A stretch of DNA of 64,000 bases from an uncultured Bacillales bacterium (GCA_902477075.1 CABSFU010000005.1:6263-70262), one strand, 5' to 3'. Shown: positions 9,929-19,387, counted from the first letter of the stretch. Made by a program: numbers and translations. Notes: generated from the sequence alone by a model not told the origin.

Positions 9929-10004
9929 TGGCGCCTAATGTAGGACTCGAACCTACGACCTATCGGTTAACAGCCGAGTGCTCTACCGACTGAGCTAATT
10001 AGGC
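9929..10004 (-). tRNA. tRNA-Asn (anticodon GUU)
   Basis: The reverse complement is GCCTAATTAGCTCAGTCGGTAGAGC...CTGTTAA...GGTTCGAGTCCTAC...ATTAGGCGCCA. Cloverleaf is canonical, with encoded CCA. Confidence 0.9.
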
Positions 10005-10026
10005 ACTTTGTCGTTAAGACTCTTTA

Positions 10027-10055
10027 ATTATATAATATAAATTATCTTTTGACAA
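10027..10055 (-). promoter_or_regulatory. Sigma-A-type promoter of the tRNA-Asn/tRNA-Glu operon
   Basis: On the minus strand: TTGTCA, a 17-nt spacer, then TATAAT, about 20 nt upstream of tRNA-Asn. Confidence 0.55.
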
Positions 10056-10069
10056 GTATTTTTTCTAAA

Positions 10070-10513
10070 TTATTTTATTTTTTTGTTTTTAATAAAAAAA
10101 TTAGGAAATTTGGATATTTTCTTTTGTTTATGAACTTGATATTCTTCCAACATTAAATTAATATTATCTAAAAATTCCTGTTCTGTTTCACAGCTAAATT
10201 GAATCAAAATTTCAAGTAATAAATTCTTAACTTCCAGTATACTATTTTTTGCTATTTGATAAGGCAATTTTTCATAACTAAATTTATCTATTTGTAATTT
10301 GTTTTCATTTTCTTCAGCATGAATAATTTCTAGAATAGGTAGTAAAATTTCATTTTCTTTTTTTTCTACTAAAAAACCATATACGAAATGAGAAAAAGCA
10401 TTTTTTCTAATTTTATTGATGGAAAATAAATCGGATAAATCAAACGCATTACTGTAAATAAAATTTCCTTCAGAATCAATTTTTTCAATTAATTTTATAT
10501 TGATTTTTTGCAT
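10070..10513 (-). CDS. Hypothetical protein
   Basis: 147-aa ORF with GAGGGGGA-type RBS sequence upstream on the minus strand. No recognisable motif. Confidence 0.5.
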   Translation of the reverse strand: MQKINIKLIEKIDSEGNFIYSNAFDLSDLFSINKIRKNAFSHFVYGFLVEKKENEILLPILEIIHAEENENKLQIDKFSYEKLPYQIAKNSILEVKNLLLEILIQFSCETEQEFLDNINLMLEEYQVHKQKKISKFPNFFIKNKKIK

Positions 10514-10672
10514 ATCTATATCCCCCTCTCTTTGGTTTGAGTATTATAACACCTTTTTTTAAAAAATACAATATCAGTAATTTGTATATTATATGTCTAA
10601 AATGAAAGAATATACAGTCTTTCCATTACTTCTCTTTTCTATTAATGTTATAATAAATGTGGAGGATTAAAA

Positions 10673-12829
10673 ATGAATACAGATATTATAAAACAAATTA
10701 GCGAAGAATTAAATGTAAAAGAAAATCAAATAGAAGTAACATTAAAAATGTTACAAGAAGGAAATACGGTTCCTTTTATTGCTAGATATAGAAAAGAAGC
10801 TACAGGGGCTTTAGATGAAGAACAAATAAGAAAAATAGAGGAAGTTTATTTGTATCAAGAAAATTTATTAAAAAGAAAAGAAGATGTGATTCGATTAATT
10901 GATGAAAAAGGACTTTTAACGGATGAATTAAAAAGTAAAATAATGGCTGCTACGAAATTAGTAGAAGTAGAAGACTTATATAGACCTTATAAAGAAAAGA
11001 AAAAAACAAAAGCAACTGATGCTATTAATAATGGGTTAGAACCATTAGCAAAAATGATTTTAGCTTTTCCTACAAAAGGTAGTATAACAGAACTAAGTAG
11101 TAAATTTATAAATGAAAAAGTAAAAACAGAAGAAGATGCTATAACAGGAGCTGGATATATTATTGCTGAATGGATTAGTGATAATGCTTACTATCGAAAA
11201 TGGATTCGAAACTATACTTATAAAAGTGGCATGATAGAGTCTAAAATAAAGAAAGATGCAAAAGATGAACAAAAAGTTTATGAAATGTATTATGATTATC
11301 AAGAAACTGTAAATCGCATTAAACCACATCGTATTTTGGCAATCAATCGTGCAGAAAAAGAAAAAATCATTAACGTTAATATTAAAGTAGATCATGAAAA
11401 AATTCTAGAATTTTTAGAAAATAAAGTAATTAAAAATAAAAATTCTTATGTAGTGGATATAGTAGTTTCTGCCATTAAAGATAGTTATAAAAGACTCATT
11501 TTTCCATCCATTGAAAGAGAAATTAGAAGTGAATTAACAGAAATTGGTGAAAATAGTGCGATAGAAAATTTTGGAAAAAATTTAGAATCATTACTTTTAA
11601 CACCACCAATGAAAGAAAAAGTCGTATTAGGGTTTGATCCCGGTTTTGTAAATGGATGTAAATTAGCTGTAATTGATAAAAATGGTACTTACTTGACATC
11701 TACTGTCATTAAACCATTTATGAATTCTAACAAGGAAGAAGCTATTTCTAAAAGCAAAAAAACAGTGTTAGATTTAATACAAAAATATCAAGTAGATATT
11801 ATTGCTATTGGAAATGGAACAGCTTCCAGAGAATCTGAAAAATTTTGTGCGGATTTAATTCGTGAAAATCATTTAAATTGTAAGTACGTAATTGTTTCAG
11901 AAGCTGGAGCATCCATTTATTCCACAGAAAAAGTAGCAATGGAAGAATTCCCAAATTTATCTCCAAATGAAAGAAGCGCTGTTAGTATTGGTAGAAGATT
12001 GCAGGATCCTCTATCAGAATTAGTAAAAATACCACCAGATGGAATTGGTGTGGGACAATATCAACATGATGTAGCTGGAAAAAAACTATCAGAATCTCTA
12101 GATTTTGTTGTTTCAAAAGCTGTAAATAGTGTCGGAGTTAATATTAATACTGCTTCTTCTTCTTTATTGAAATATGTATCTGGTATTACCAAAAAAAATA
12201 TTGATAAAATTATGGAATATCGTGAAAAAAATGGTAAAATTCATTCCAGAGAAGAACTAAAAAAGAAAAAATTATTAACTGATAAAACATATGAGCAAGC
12301 AATTGGTTTTCTTAGAATTCAAGAAGGTAGTAATATTTTAGATACAACCCCAATTCATCCTGAAAGCTATGAATTAACTTTAAGATTATTAAAAGAAATT
12401 CATTCTGACTTAAAAGAAATTGGAACCTCTTCTCTAATTCAAAAACTAGACCATTTAGATTTAGAAAAATATACATCACTATTAAATACAGATATTTATA
12501 CTTTGACGGATGTTGTAGAAAGCTTAAAGAAGCCAAACCGTGATCCAAGAGATGAAATGCCACAACCTGTTTTGAAAAGTGATGTCTTGAGTATTGATGA
12601 TTTAAAAGTTGGTATGAAATTGCAAGGAACTGTTCGAAATGTAATTGATTTTGGTGCTTTTATTGATATTGGACTTCATAATGATGGACTAGCGCATATT
12701 TCTAAATTAACAAATAGTTATATTAAACACCCTAGTGAAGTAGTAAGTGTTGGCGATATTGTAGATTGCTATGTTATTGATATTAATAAAGAAAAAGAAA
12801 AGGTAAGTTTAAGTTTAATTGAAATTTAA
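10673..12829 (+). CDS. tex: Tex-like transcription accessory protein (S1 domain, YqgF-like and HhH domains)
   Basis: N-terminal LQEGNTVPFIARYRKEATGALDEEQIR signature, 718 aa, C-terminal S1 domain (GTVRNVIDFGAFIDIG). Confidence 0.9.
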   Translation: MNTDIIKQISEELNVKENQIEVTLKMLQEGNTVPFIARYRKEATGALDEEQIRKIEEVYLYQENLLKRKEDVIRLIDEKGLLTDELKSKIMAATKLVEVEDLYRPYKEKKKTKATDAINNGLEPLAKMILAFPTKGSITELSSKFINEKVKTEEDAITGAGYIIAEWISDNAYYRKWIRNYTYKSGMIESKIKKDAKDEQKVYEMYYDYQETVNRIKPHRILAINRAEKEKIINVNIKVDHEKILEFLENKVIKNKNSYVVDIVVSAIKDSYKRLIFPSIEREIRSELTEIGENSAIENFGKNLESLLLTPPMKEKVVLGFDPGFVNGCKLAVIDKNGTYLTSTVIKPFMNSNKEEAISKSKKTVLDLIQKYQVDIIAIGNGTASRESEKFCADLIRENHLNCKYVIVSEAGASIYSTEKVAMEEFPNLSPNERSAVSIGRRLQDPLSELVKIPPDGIGVGQYQHDVAGKKLSESLDFVVSKAVNSVGVNINTASSSLLKYVSGITKKNIDKIMEYREKNGKIHSREELKKKKLLTDKTYEQAIGFLRIQEGSNILDTTPIHPESYELTLRLLKEIHSDLKEIGTSSLIQKLDHLDLEKYTSLLNTDIYTLTDVVESLKKPNRDPRDEMPQPVLKSDVLSIDDLKVGMKLQGTVRNVIDFGAFIDIGLHNDGLAHISKLTNSYIKHPSEVVSVGDIVDCYVIDINKEKEKVSLSLIEI

Positions 12830-12873
12830 ACTTTTTTCTTGTATAACAAAACGTCAAGTGGAGATGATATTGA

Positions 12874-13506
12874 ATGGAAAATTTAGATATATGTAAAAAA
12901 TGTGGTGGATTTTGTTGTAAAAAATCAGGTTGTGATTATTTACCAAGAGATTTTTCTGATTTATCTTTTAATGGGTTATATCAGAAATTACAGGAAGGTA
13001 ATATTTCCATTGTAGCATCACTAGGATTTGAAAAATTACCGAATGGCAAATTAATTGCAAATCCTTTTCTATATTTAAGAGCAAGAAATAAAAATAGAGA
13101 AATTATTGATTTATTTTCAATGAAGACAACCTGTTCTATGTTGACAGAGGGTGGTTGTAGTTATTCTCATAATGAAAGACCTTTTATGGGTAAAAATTTA
13201 GTTCCAGCCTCCGAGCAAAAATGTTTTCCTTTAGAAGATCCAAATAAATTAATGGATGATTGGATGAGTTATCAAAAAGTATTATCCAAAATAGTAAAAA
13301 GAATGACAGGAATGACAGTAGAAGAAAAATTAAGTGAAGATGTAGAACAATTGTTTATAGACCTTTTAACAAATAACGTAGATGGTGTTTCATTAATGGA
13401 AATACAAGATGTTAGAAGTATGATAGACTATTTAAGTGAAGTATATCAAAAGGAGTTAAATTCTGCTACTCAAAAAATAACACACAAAGTTATGGTAAAA
13501 AAATAA
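12874..13506 (+). CDS. Cysteine-cluster protein (YkgJ/CxxCxxCC-like)
   Basis: N-terminal CKKCGGFCCKKSGCDY cluster and a later CSMLTEGGCSY motif. Confidence 0.5.
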   Translation: MENLDICKKCGGFCCKKSGCDYLPRDFSDLSFNGLYQKLQEGNISIVASLGFEKLPNGKLIANPFLYLRARNKNREIIDLFSMKTTCSMLTEGGCSYSHNERPFMGKNLVPASEQKCFPLEDPNKLMDDWMSYQKVLSKIVKRMTGMTVEEKLSEDVEQLFIDLLTNNVDGVSLMEIQDVRSMIDYLSEVYQKELNSATQKITHKVMVKK

Positions 13507-13538
13507 ACTGTTTCCAAATCGAAACAGTTTTTTGTATA

Positions 13539-13763
13539 TTATCGATAATATGGTCCATAGTATGGATATGGATAATAGTTATTATAATAAGGACGAGGAT
13601 AAAAAGCTGGAGCCAATAATCCACCAGTAATACCACCTAAAATAAAAGGGCCTAAAAATCCACCAGCTACAAAACGGTTACTATTTGACATATTAGAAAA
13701 ATTGCTTCTCATACTTGGCATACTAGAAAAACTACTTCTCATATTTGGATTATAGTAATACAT
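13539..13763 (-). CDS. Small Tyr/Pro/Gly-rich protein
   Basis: 74-aa ORF. The composition is extreme: the N-terminal repeat is MRSSFSSMPSMRSNFSNMS and the C-terminus is PRPYYNNYYPYPYYGPYYR. Confidence 0.45.
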   Translation of the reverse strand: MYYYNPNMRSSFSSMPSMRSNFSNMSNSNRFVAGGFLGPFILGGITGGLLAPAFYPRPYYNNYYPYPYYGPYYR

Positions 13764-13816
13764 ATTGTCTCTCCTTTCATAATATATTATGTATCAAAAG
13801 AAAAAGGGTGAAAAAG

Positions 13817-14917
13817 ATGAATGAAATACAAAAACTAAGTCACACAATAGTGAATTATTCACTTAAATTAGAAAAAGAAGAAAGAGTATTAATTACTAGT
13901 TATGAAGAATGTTTAGATTTAATACTAGCACTAATTGAAGAAATAAATAAAGTTGGTGCGATACCTTTTGTAAGAATTAAAAATGATATTTTAAATGCTA
14001 AATTGTTGGAATATACAACTAAGTCTAGAATAAAAACACTTCACATTTTAAAAGAACAAGAGGTAGAAAACTATGATGCTTTTATTAATATTCGATATAC
14101 AACGAATGATTATGAAGAATTAAAAGTAGAAAATGATATTTTGAAACAAATAGGGGAAGCAACGATAGAAAATAATCAAAAAAGAATTAATGAACGAAAA
14201 TGGGTATTATTAAATTATCCATCCAAATTAGATGCTTATAAAGCAGGTATGGATAGTATGAGTTACCGCAATTTTGCTTTTGATGTAATGAATTTAAATT
14301 ATGAAGAAATGAATGAAAGAATTAAACCATTAAAAGAGTTAATGGAAAAAACAGATATGGTTCGTATTGTTTCACCAGGAACTGATTTAACTTTTTCTAT
14401 TAAAAATATGCCTATTATTCCTTGTGTGGGAGAAGCAAATATACCAGATGGTGAAATTTATACAGCACCTGTTTTAAATAGTGTAAATGGAAAAATAACT
14501 TATAATGCAAAAAGTCCTTATAATGGTACTGTTTTTGAAAATGTTACTTTAACATTTAAAGATGGCAGAATCATAGATTGCAATAGTAATCATAAAGAGA
14601 AAATGGAAGAAATTTTTAATACAGATGAGGGAGCTAGGTATGTTGGAGAGTTTTCTTTTGGATTAAATCCCAAAATTATGCATCCAATGGGAGATATTTT
14701 ATTTGATGAAAAAATCATCGGAAGTATTCATTTTACACCAGGGGCTGCTTATGAAAACGCTTTTAATGGAAATCGTTCCAGTGTACATTGGGATTTAGTT
14801 TTAATTCAAAGAAAAGAATATGGTGGTGGTGAAATTTACTTTGATCATACTTTAATTAGAAAAGACGGATTATTTGTTTTACCAGAATTAACACATTTAA
14901 ATTATCATTTAAAATAA
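13817..14917 (+). CDS. Aminopeptidase, M29 (AmpS/PepS) family
   Basis: N-terminal LSHTIVNYSLKLEKEERVLI, then PDGEIYTAP and SVHWDLV motifs. Start at ATG 13817 behind GGGTGA; the ORF track start 13745 overlaps the convergent small gene. Confidence 0.85.
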   Translation: MNEIQKLSHTIVNYSLKLEKEERVLITSYEECLDLILALIEEINKVGAIPFVRIKNDILNAKLLEYTTKSRIKTLHILKEQEVENYDAFINIRYTTNDYEELKVENDILKQIGEATIENNQKRINERKWVLLNYPSKLDAYKAGMDSMSYRNFAFDVMNLNYEEMNERIKPLKELMEKTDMVRIVSPGTDLTFSIKNMPIIPCVGEANIPDGEIYTAPVLNSVNGKITYNAKSPYNGTVFENVTLTFKDGRIIDCNSNHKEKMEEIFNTDEGARYVGEFSFGLNPKIMHPMGDILFDEKIIGSIHFTPGAAYENAFNGNRSSVHWDLVLIQRKEYGGGEIYFDHTLIRKDGLFVLPELTHLNYHLK

Positions 14918-14949
14918 ACTTTTTCATATGCTTTATTAGGTGGTAAAGC

Positions 14950-15792
14950 GTGAAAAAGTTTTTTTCTTATTTAGGAATTTCTTGTTTATTACTAGTAAGT
15001 TTCTTTTATACAGAACAAACGGTAACTGTTGTCAAAGAATATGATCAAGTGATGATTGCTATTAAAGAGTACAGCATTAATAATAAAAAAGAGCCAGTGA
15101 ATGCTTACATAAATGAAAATACAATTATTCCAGGACTTAGTGGTTATGAAGTGGATGTAGATAAAAGCTATTATAATATGCGACGCTATGGAAAGTTTGA
15201 CAGTAGTTTATTAGAATATCAAAGTATTTTACCAGATATTAATTTAACAAAAAATAAAGATAAATATATTGTTAGCGGTAATCCAGATAAACGAATGGTA
15301 AGCCTTATTTTTTTATTAGAGGAAAATACGGATATTACACCTGTTTTAAAAATTCTAAATGAACAAAAGGTAAAAGGAAATTTTTTTATTGATGATAAAT
15401 GGTTACGAAACAACAGCGAAAGATTAGAACAAATTATTCATGATGATCACGTTATTGGAAATATTAGTTCTAATTTTAATTATTTGGATAGTTCTTTTCT
15501 ATGGATGGATACTGTTATTAAAAAGGTTGGAAAACAAAAAAGTGGATATTGTTATTTTGAGGAAGAAAAAGAAGAAGAATTTAATATGTGTTTATTGTAT
15601 GACAATTACAGTATTAAACCAACGCTTATAGAAAATTATCCCTATAAAGAAGTAAAAGAAAAGGTATCCTCTGGTTCCATTCTTTCTTTTTCAGTTAATT
15701 CAAATACTATAAATGAACTCTCTCTTATTATATCCTACATAAAATCAAAGGGCCTTTTAATTGTAAATTTAAATGAACTGTTAAAAGAGTAG
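14950..15792 (+). CDS. Membrane-anchored NodB-homology (polysaccharide deacetylase-like) protein, probably catalytically degenerate
   Basis: VSLIFLLEENTDITPVLKILNEQKVKGNFFIDDKW...HVIGN follows the NodB scaffold, but the TFDD Asp pair is replaced by IFLL. Confidence 0.5.
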   Translation: MKKFFSYLGISCLLLVSFFYTEQTVTVVKEYDQVMIAIKEYSINNKKEPVNAYINENTIIPGLSGYEVDVDKSYYNMRRYGKFDSSLLEYQSILPDINLTKNKDKYIVSGNPDKRMVSLIFLLEENTDITPVLKILNEQKVKGNFFIDDKWLRNNSERLEQIIHDDHVIGNISSNFNYLDSSFLWMDTVIKKVGKQKSGYCYFEEEKEEEFNMCLLYDNYSIKPTLIENYPYKEVKEKVSSGSILSFSVNSNTINELSLIISYIKSKGLLIVNLNELLKE

Positions 15793-15793
15793 T

Positions 15794-15822
15794 TTGCTAA
15801 AAGAAAAATTATGTGTTATAAT
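15794..15822 (+). promoter_or_regulatory. ssrA promoter
   Basis: TTGCTA, a 17-nt spacer, then TGT-TATAAT (extended -10), ending 12 nt before the mature tmRNA 5' end. Confidence 0.6.
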
Positions 15823-15834
15823 TTTTTTTGAAAT

Positions 15835-16208
15835 GGGGCTGCTTTGGTTTCGACAGAAATGATAACGATGAAATGGCAAGTAGGTGTACTCCTTTCGTAC
15901 AAAAAAAATAAATGCAAAAAATTTAAAAAATGCAGTTGCTTCAATGTTTAAAGCAAACACTGTAGCTTTTGCCTAATTAATTAGGAACTGCAACTTTCTT
16001 TTATTCTTTTCCTACGGGAATATTAGAAGGTTCGATTGAGTAGGATATATTCTTATTATGTCTATCTGTAAGAATGAAATTTTATAGACTTACTAGTTGA
16101 TTGTTTGTTAATTAATTGTTAACTAGGAAATCATGTAATTAACTAAACTTGTAGAGGTTTCATGGAAGTTATTTTTGGACAGGGGTTCAATTCCCCTCAG
16201 CTCCACCA
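15835..16208 (+). ncRNA. ssrA: tmRNA (SsrA)
   Basis: 5' GGGGCTGCTTTGGTTTCGAC and 3' GGACAGGGGTTCAATTCCCCTCAGCTCCACCA form a tRNA-Ala-like acceptor with G3:U70. An internal tag frame at 15914-15976 ends in ...VAFA-TAA. Confidence 0.92.
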
Positions 16209-16250
16209 TAAAGTATTTATCCGAACACAATATATGTTCGATTATTGGTA

Positions 16251-16281
16251 ACCCTATCTCAGTACATGAGGTAGGGTTTTT
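16251..16281 (+). terminator. ssrA terminator
   Basis: accctatctc-agtacat-gaggtagggt followed by TTTT. Confidence 0.65.
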
Positions 16282-16307
16282 CAATGCTCCAAAAAGGAGG
16301 AGCATAA

Positions 16308-16604
16308 ATGAAAATCAAAACAAAAAAACTAGAGTTTCCAAAGGGAATTCAAGATAAATGTGAAAGGTATTTAAAACGAAAAACCCTTGAAATTACTTAC
16401 TTAAATGGCTATATGGTGGAGTTTAAAGGTACAAACCTATCAACCATAAGTCCACATAAGATTTTAATTAAATCAAGTGATAAAGAAGTGGTAATTTTAT
16501 ACTATGGAGAGTATTACTACGATGAAGAATTATTCTTCATCAACAATACAAAAAACGGATGCACATTTTCAAAATTAAGAGAATTAATATCAAATTATTT
16601 TTAA
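16308..16604 (+). CDS. Hypothetical protein
   Basis: 98-aa ORF with a strong RBS AAGGAGGAG. It cannot be assigned to either host or prophage. Confidence 0.5.
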   Translation: MKIKTKKLEFPKGIQDKCERYLKRKTLEITYLNGYMVEFKGTNLSTISPHKILIKSSDKEVVILYYGEYYYDEELFFINNTKNGCTFSKLRELISNYF

Positions 16605-16687
16605 AAATAGAGCATTGTGAATCCTGCCTCAAGAAACCACATAATACAGTAAAACGATACATAATCGTTAGAAACGGATTAAAAAGT

Positions 16688-16720
16688 TGTTAAAAAAGTG
16701 TTATAAATCTGTTAGAAAGA
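16688..16720 (+). promoter_or_regulatory. Three TGTTA motifs in exact 11-bp phase, abutting the recombinase-operon promoter
   Basis: The repeat units are tgttaaaaaag, tgttataaatc and tgttagaaaga (16688, 16699, 16710). An extended -10 TGTTATAAT follows at 16746-16754. Confidence 0.5.
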
Positions 16721-16792
16721 TGGGAATGTTATTGTTAACAGAAACTGTTATAATGGTTATAATGGCGATAGCCAGAGGCAAGGAGGAAAGCA

Positions 16793-17005
16793 ATGAAAAG
16801 AAAAGTTATTATATTAGCTGACAATGTATGTTACTATATGCGATTTAGTACAGAAGAACAAGCTAATGAATTTAACAGCAATTATCTGATACTTCACAAA
16901 AGTGAATTGTTACAGATGTTTGAAGAATTAAAAAACAAAATAATTAAAAATAAAAAGATACCAAGTTTATTAAATGAGAGGATTGATAAAAATGGTATCT
17001 TTTAA
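16793..17005 (+). CDS. Small hypothetical protein upstream of and overlapping the integrase gene
   Basis: 70-aa ORF with RBS AAGGAGGAAAG. Its position would suit a recombinase accessory or directionality factor, but no motif supports this. Confidence 0.45.
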   Translation: MKRKVIILADNVCYYMRFSTEEQANEFNSNYLILHKSELLQMFEELKNKIIKNKKIPSLLNERIDKNGIF

Positions 17006-18770
17006 AATGCGTAAAAATGAACCAAAGGAATGGATAGCAGGAATATACTTGCGTGTATCAACATTCGACCAAGCTCGAGAAGGACACAGCTATGAAGAAC
17101 AAGAAAAAGACTTAAGAAGGTTATGTGAAAACCGAGGATTTCATGTATACGATACATATGGGGATCCCGGAATATCTGGTAAATATCTAGACAAAAGAAA
17201 AAACTTTCAAAAATTATTAAATGATATTAGACTCGGTAAAATAAATGTCATAGTAGTATGGCGACTAGATAGATTAGTAAGAGGGGTTGCTAATACACAA
17301 AAAGTTATAGCAGTTGCAAAACAATTTAATTGCAGAATAGTAACATCATGGAATGACCTAGACTTTAATACAGCAGTTGGAAAGTACCAAATAAATATGG
17401 AAGCAGCTCATGGCGAATATGAACTGGATGTAATATCTGAAAGAACAAGACTAGGAATGATAGGAGCATATGAAAAACATCATTTCTCATCAGTAGCATT
17501 CGGATATAAAAGAGATACAGAAGGACCAGACAAAAAGCGAGTTGTTATAGATGAAGAAAATGCACCATATGTAAAAAGAATCTTCGAGTTATATCTTCAA
17601 GGAAATTCATGTGAGCAAGTTAAAGATATAATAAATAAAGAATATCCTGGTAATAAGAAATTTACAAGGAGAGGCATAGAAGTAATGTTACATAATGAAT
17701 TCTATGTTGGAAGATTTCATAATAAATTTGCTGAAGAAGAAACTGGGGAAGAATCAATTATAAATGTACCAGCAATTATAGATGAAGTAACATGGAATGC
17801 AATGCAGGAGCAATATAGAAAAAATCAATTACATAACAAGAGAAAACAAACATATATATTTATGCAAAAAATAAAATGCCCTTGTTGTGGACATGATGTC
17901 CTAGGAGGAACACCTGGTAAAAGTAGAAATGGAATAAAATATTGTTATTATATATGTACTAGATGCAAGGGCGTAGGATATGTACCTGAAACGAAAATAG
18001 AAGAAGCCTTTGTCAAAGAATTAAATGAATTATTAGATTATTTTATAATAGCAGACATAGGAACGATACCTATATCAAATAAATCGCAAGAATGTGAAAA
18101 TGGCGAGATGTATCAAAAAATGTTATCCGAATTAGATAAGCGTGAGGCTAGAGTCAAAAAAGGATACTTTGATGGATTTATTCCTGAAAATGAATTCAAA
18201 GAAGAAATGAGATATATGTCACTAAAAAGAGAATCAATAAATAATGAGATACGAAAAAAAGTTACTAGAGATGTAAGAATTACAGAAGATATGGACATAT
18301 CACTTTATGCTACCATTAAAGAAATAAACAAACGCCAGAGTGATTTATATTATTCACAGGCAAGTGACATTTGGAATAACCTAGATAAAGAGCAAAAAAG
18401 AATCATAGTTGCTGAATATGTGGATCAAATGGAAATAAAGTACGATCCAAAGAAAAAAGATGTTAAAATAACTGGTATAAAATTTAGAGAAAACAAGATA
18501 TTTAATTTAGCATTTATGCTTAAAGAAAAACTTATGGATATGACAATCAAGAAAGATGATAAAAACATATTGGTATCACCAGTAAAAACTAAAAAAGAAA
18601 TAACAGAATTTATAGTAAACCTAAAAAAATACTATAAAGTTAATACTTTAGAAGTTGAAATAGATGATATAAAATTCGGAGAAATGGATGCTAATAAGAT
18701 TGTTAAAATTATGCCAATAAAAAATACCACTACATATAAAAAACAAAAATACACAATAATTACCATATAG
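16992..18770 (+). CDS. Large serine recombinase (phage integrase)
   Basis: IAGIYLRVSTFDQ catalytic Ser motif, resolvase core VWRLDRLVR, a recombinase domain, and the zinc ribbon CPCCGH...CYYICTRC followed by a coiled coil. Start is ATG 16992 behind GAGAGGA. Confidence 0.9.
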   Translation: MVSFKMRKNEPKEWIAGIYLRVSTFDQAREGHSYEEQEKDLRRLCENRGFHVYDTYGDPGISGKYLDKRKNFQKLLNDIRLGKINVIVVWRLDRLVRGVANTQKVIAVAKQFNCRIVTSWNDLDFNTAVGKYQINMEAAHGEYELDVISERTRLGMIGAYEKHHFSSVAFGYKRDTEGPDKKRVVIDEENAPYVKRIFELYLQGNSCEQVKDIINKEYPGNKKFTRRGIEVMLHNEFYVGRFHNKFAEEETGEESIINVPAIIDEVTWNAMQEQYRKNQLHNKRKQTYIFMQKIKCPCCGHDVLGGTPGKSRNGIKYCYYICTRCKGVGYVPETKIEEAFVKELNELLDYFIIADIGTIPISNKSQECENGEMYQKMLSELDKREARVKKGYFDGFIPENEFKEEMRYMSLKRESINNEIRKKVTRDVRITEDMDISLYATIKEINKRQSDLYYSQASDIWNNLDKEQKRIIVAEYVDQMEIKYDPKKKDVKITGIKFRENKIFNLAFMLKEKLMDMTIKKDDKNILVSPVKTKKEITEFIVNLKKYYKVNTLEVEIDDIKFGEMDANKIVKIMPIKNTTTYKKQKYTIITI

Positions 18771-18952
18771 CGACGGATTTCAACAAAAAAAGACAAAAAT
18801 AATGTATAATGGTATAGAGAGAAACTGTTATAGGGAGATTAAAGAAATACTTTGAAATACAAGCATTTCTTTTTTGTGTGTAAAAAAATGTAGTTTTTAG
18901 TAGTAAAAAAGCAGTACCCAAGTAGTATCTAAGAAAGGAAAGAAAACGAACT

Positions 18953-19387
18953 ATGACAGATATATTTGAGTCAGTAAATTATGTAGAAACTAAAAATGCA
19001 GTAAAAAACATGATGAATTTATACAAGTTGTTATTATTGAGATTAGAAGAAAATCAATTACCAAGGATGACAGCTAAATATGGATTATCCTTTGGAGGAA
19101 GTTCGTCAGTAAGAAATACACAGTCAAGCGTTGAAAATTATGTAATTAAAAAAATAATTTTAGAAGGAAAGATAGAAGAATACGTTAATAAAATTATAAC
19201 AGCATTTAACAGACTTGATGAAGATGAAAGAAAATACTTGTATTTGAAATATCTAACTGATATGACATTATCCGATGAACAAATAATGCCACAATGTCAT
19301 ATGTGTCTGAGGAATTTTAGAGAGTTAAAAAAGAATGCCTATATAAAATTTGCTATGGCATTAGGTGTCGAAGTTTATTGTGATTAA
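18953..19387 (+). CDS. ArpU-like / sigma region-4-like phage transcriptional regulator
   Basis: 144 aa. The layout resembles the ArpU family: N-terminal VETKNAVKNMM..YK, a central acidic segment, and C-terminal ERKYLYLKYL...LKKNAYIKFAMAL resembling an HTH. Confidence 0.5.
   Translation: MTDIFESVNYVETKNAVKNMMNLYKLLLLRLEENQLPRMTAKYGLSFGGSSSVRNTQSSVENYVIKKIILEGKIEEYVNKIITAFNRLDEDERKYLYLKYLTDMTLSDEQIMPQCHMCLRNFRELKKNAYIKFAMALGVEVYCD

Noticed and set aside
11093-12563. Minus-strand ORFs inside tex (11093..11395, 12312..12563)
   Set aside because: They are nested antisense within a well-supported 718-aa conserved gene, and their composition is low-complexity.
16123-16357. ORFs 16123..16305(-) and 16175..16357(+) from the track
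   Set aside because: Both lie across the tmRNA 3' domain and its terminator. The tRNA-like end and hairpin explain the sequence, and neither ORF has an RBS or a motif.
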